From positions 1 through 36,558 of IMG/VR virus record IMGVR_UViG_3300043406_000013: 36,558 nucleotides of DNA; one strand, written 5' to 3'. The notes under the pieces are model-generated. The model worked only from the letters and a program-made list of their open reading frames with translations, did no database searches and was not told where the DNA came from. This document shows positions 34,236 through 36,558 of this stretch, piece by piece. Position numbers and translations under genes: made by a program. Numbering within the stretch: position 1 is the stretch's first letter; each line of letters begins with the position of its first letter. The DNA comes from a virus. Lineage: Duplodnaviria > Caudoviricetes.

Positions 34236-34652
34236 CTATGCAACCCACGGGGCAAACGCCTTCCGGTCCTTCTTGCCGACCGACTCGAACACCACACCCG
34301 TCAGGGCGTGTGCCACCTGACTGGCGATGCGCTCGACTTCGACATCCATCAAATCGATGATCGCCTGACCACCTGGGCCTGACTTCGCTGCCACCTGACC
34401 GAGCATCTGCTGAAACTCCCAGAGCACAAGGTGCATCAGTTCGTGGACGATGTGGAAGTCGATGTTGGCGCCGCTGACCTCCGGGTCGATACGGACCTTG
34501 GCGACCCGGTACTGCGGCGAGATCCGAGTCAGGGCGGTGGCATCCTTGCCATCCTTCTCCGACCAGTGCGGGTCATACCGGATGTCCCAGCCACCTAGAC
34601 GCAGTTCGTCCCGGTAGAAACTGATACGACTGACGATCTCCGCTTCGGTCAA
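34236..34652 (-). CDS. Putative zinc metallopeptidase (HEXXH)
   Basis: IVHELMHLV plus a downstream EVE; TTG start at 34652 overlapping the helicase stop. Confidence 0.65.
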   Translation of the reverse strand: MTEAEIVSRISFYRDELRLGGWDIRYDPHWSEKDGKDATALTRISPQYRVAKVRIDPEVSGANIDFHIVHELMHLVLWEFQQMLGQVAAKSGPGGQAIIDLMDVEVERIASQVAHALTGVVFESVGKKDRKAFAPWVA

Positions 34653-35806
34653 CCGGTCACCCTCACCTTTCCAAGGTCGAACTTCAGATACAGCGTGGCC
34701 CCGGCAGGACCGTCGCGGTTCTTCAGGATGGACAGCTCCATCTCCTCGCTGTACTTCTTGGCACGCCATAGGCCGAATACGATGTCGGCATCCTGTTCGA
34801 TGGCGCCGCTGTCCCGTAGGTCCGACAACCTGGGGCGCGTGTCGTCCCGGTTCTCACTGGCCCGACTCAACTGCGACAGGGCCAGCAGCGGACAGGCGAA
34901 TTCTCTGGCGATGGCCTTCAGTTCCCGACTGATGCGGGAGACCCTGATGACCTCGGGCTCGCCGGGATCTGACAAGAGTTGCAGGTAGTCCACGACGATG
35001 GCCTTCACGCCACCATGTCGGAGTCTCAGCCGTGAGGCGTTGGCCCGGACCGTACCGGTGGTGATGCGCGGCTCATCGATGATGAACAGTTCCGAGCTTG
35101 ACAGCCCGGAGAACCCGTCACCGCGCCTGCTGAGGCGTCCGAGTAGCTGCCGCTTGGACATCTCCACGGAGGCGAACAGCACCGGCTGCGATGATCCCTC
35201 GGCCCATGTCAAGGCCATCTCCATCGCCAGGGCCGTCTTCCCGATGTTCGGGCGTGCTGCCAGGATGATGAGTTGACTCGGCTCCACCTGCTGGATGTTG
35301 TTGTCGAGTACCGAGATACCCCACGGGAACCCACCGACCGCTGGCCGATACTCAGCCACCGCATCGGAGAGTCTGATGAGACTGCCGGTGCCGCGCTGCT
35401 GGGCCATGACGGTTGACGCCACGTCCTGCACCACATCGGTGATGCCAGCCTCATCGGAGGCGTTATGGATGGCTTTCTCGGCTGTCCGCAGGGACGTGAT
35501 GGCCCTGCGCTGACTGGCGTTGAACCGGATGATCCGTGCGTACTCCTCCACCGGGGCCGATGTCGCACGGTTCAAGAATTCCAGCGGGTCCCCCAGGTCC
35601 ACACCGGCTGACTTCAGGGTGGTGGCATCCACCCTGCGTGCATCGCCAGCGTTGGCGACCATCACGCCCCATGCCTTGCCGAAGGTCTGATCGTGGAAGT
35701 CGGAGACCTCCAGCCTGCCGACCAGACCGGGGATGGCGGATGGGTCCACCAGCAGCTTGGCTACCAGCGCACCCTCGGCCTCTGGGCTATGTGGCAGCCC
35801 GGTCAT
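34649..35806 (-). CDS. dnaB: Replicative DnaB-like helicase
   Basis: LPHSPEAE N-terminus, AARPNIGKT, SVEM, VDYLQL, LSQLSR, DLRDSGAIEQDAD and KNRDG motifs. Confidence 0.95.
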   Translation of the reverse strand: MTGLPHSPEAEGALVAKLLVDPSAIPGLVGRLEVSDFHDQTFGKAWGVMVANAGDARRVDATTLKSAGVDLGDPLEFLNRATSAPVEEYARIIRFNASQRRAITSLRTAEKAIHNASDEAGITDVVQDVASTVMAQQRGTGSLIRLSDAVAEYRPAVGGFPWGISVLDNNIQQVEPSQLIILAARPNIGKTALAMEMALTWAEGSSQPVLFASVEMSKRQLLGRLSRRGDGFSGLSSSELFIIDEPRITTGTVRANASRLRLRHGGVKAIVVDYLQLLSDPGEPEVIRVSRISRELKAIAREFACPLLALSQLSRASENRDDTRPRLSDLRDSGAIEQDADIVFGLWRAKKYSEEMELSILKNRDGPAGATLYLKFDLGKVRVTG

Positions 35807-35964
35807 GCCAACCGTGGGTCATCCACACCGGTCTCGTCGGTGGCCTCATCGATGGGCCGCCTGCGGTTCTCCACCATCCAGATGGCAAGCCACTTCTCCC
35901 ACGCCCACTCACGGATGGCGAAGGTGGGGCCGTGCTGCCATAGCCAGTCGTAGATGCGCTTCAT
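35803..35964 (-). CDS. 53-aa Trp-rich protein (absent from ORF track)
   Basis: MKRIYDWLWQHGPTFAIREWAWEKWLAIWMVENRRRPIDEATDETGVDDPRLA, ATGA overlaps at both ends. Confidence 0.6.
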   Translation of the reverse strand: MKRIYDWLWQHGPTFAIREWAWEKWLAIWMVENRRRPIDEATDETGVDDPRLA

Positions 35965-36299
35965 CCCTGCGCCCCAACGAACAGACCTTGCCAGTCCTGA
36001 AGCACCGTGGTGACCGTCACCCGCCGACGCTTACCGGGGCCGGGGGTCTCCACCTTGACGAGCCATCGCGCCTGCCCCTTGTCGTTCGGCAGCTTCATGA
36101 TGTCAGACCAGTCCGTCTCATTGAACCGTCCTCCCGACTTGACTTCCGCCGTGTGGAGTGCGTTGTCACCGATGGAGCGTCCATCCACCTGACCATTGCC
36201 AGGGATGTGCTCCAGCCCCATCGACTTCAGCACTGATCGCTGGATGGCAAGGCCCCGCAATCGGTTGTTCTTGCCGCGCTTCGAGGGGTCAGGCTCCAT
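35961..36299 (-). CDS. Putative Hjc-like Holliday junction resolvase (PD-(D/E)XK nuclease)
   Basis: 112 aa with NNRLRG...VD...AEVKS, located next to the helicase. Confidence 0.55.
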   Translation of the reverse strand: MEPDPSKRGKNNRLRGLAIQRSVLKSMGLEHIPGNGQVDGRSIGDNALHTAEVKSGGRFNETDWSDIMKLPNDKGQARWLVKVETPGPGKRRRVTVTTVLQDWQGLFVGAQG

Positions 36300-36558
36300 C
36301 GGTTTCCCAAGTTCGTCCCATGACGCTGGCCCACGGCATGACCAGTTGCTCGAACTGCGCTTCGGTGAGGAGATCCTTGGAGATCAACGCTGCGAGGGCG
36401 GCCCAAGCAGCGCCCCGAGCAGCGGCCCAAGCAGCGTCCCAAGCAGCGGCCCAAGCAGCGTCCCAAGCAGCGTCCCAAGCAGCGCCCCGAGCAGCGGCCC
36501 AAGCAGCGTCCCAAGCAGCGGCCCAAGCAGCGTCCCAAGCAGCGTCCCAAGCAGCGCC
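36289..36558 (-). CDS. AAW(D/A) repeat protein, C-terminal part (partial)
   Basis: My translation: GAAWDAAWDAAWAAAWDAAWAAARGAAW...AALAALISKDLLTEAQFEQLVMPWASVMGRTWETDGA-stop, a repeat type common in phages. Confidence 0.75.
   Translation of the reverse strand, partial: GAAWDAAWDAAWAAAWDAAWAAARGAAWDAAWDAAWAAAWDAAWAAARGAAWAALAALISKDLLTEAQFEQLVMPWASVMGRTWETDGA
36398..36558. repeat. 12-bp tandem repeat with exact 72-bp higher-order duplication
   Basis: About 13 units of CCAAGCAGCGNC; 36415-36486 equals 36487-36558. Confidence 0.9.

Noticed and set aside
36227-36550. Track ORF with GRCL repeats (107 aa)
   Set aside because: Alternative frame of the 12-bp repeat. The AAWD frame gives a familiar phage repeat and a protein-like C-terminus.
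36398-36558. Possible CRISPR array
   Set aside because: Contiguous 12-bp units with no spacers, and no cas genes.

Overview
This window is a GC-rich fragment of a tailed dsDNA phage genome, probably podovirus-like, with genes cut off at both ends. It has three blocks. (1) A leftward virion block (1-23315) carries an N4-gp56-type major capsid gene, scaffold, two giant probable internal/ejection proteins (one with a C39-like cysteine peptidase domain), portal, terminase, a beta-helix tailspike and a LamG protein. (2) A rightward block of small early-type genes (24074-29069) includes an acidic ArdA-like protein and follows an AT-rich, hairpin-rich non-coding control or origin region. (3) A leftward replication block (29169-36558) carries a MazG-like pyrophosphatase, RepB-type primase, C5 methyltransferase-like protein, SSB, DnaB helicase and an Hjc-like nuclease. 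The most unusual signal is non-coding. A hairpin with an invariant ATCC-GA/CG-GGATG core and fully covarying upper stem recurs at gene junctions of the early block, usually followed by an extended ATCGGAGGTCAG start motif. The reverse complement of that motif lies in a stem-loop in the 3' UTR of the convergent replication operon. Together these suggest an RNA-level system for processing or shutting off early genes; this is inference and untested. No integrase, DNA polymerase, recognisable endolysin, tRNA, rRNA or CRISPR array was seen. All family calls come from motif recognition by eye, not database searches.
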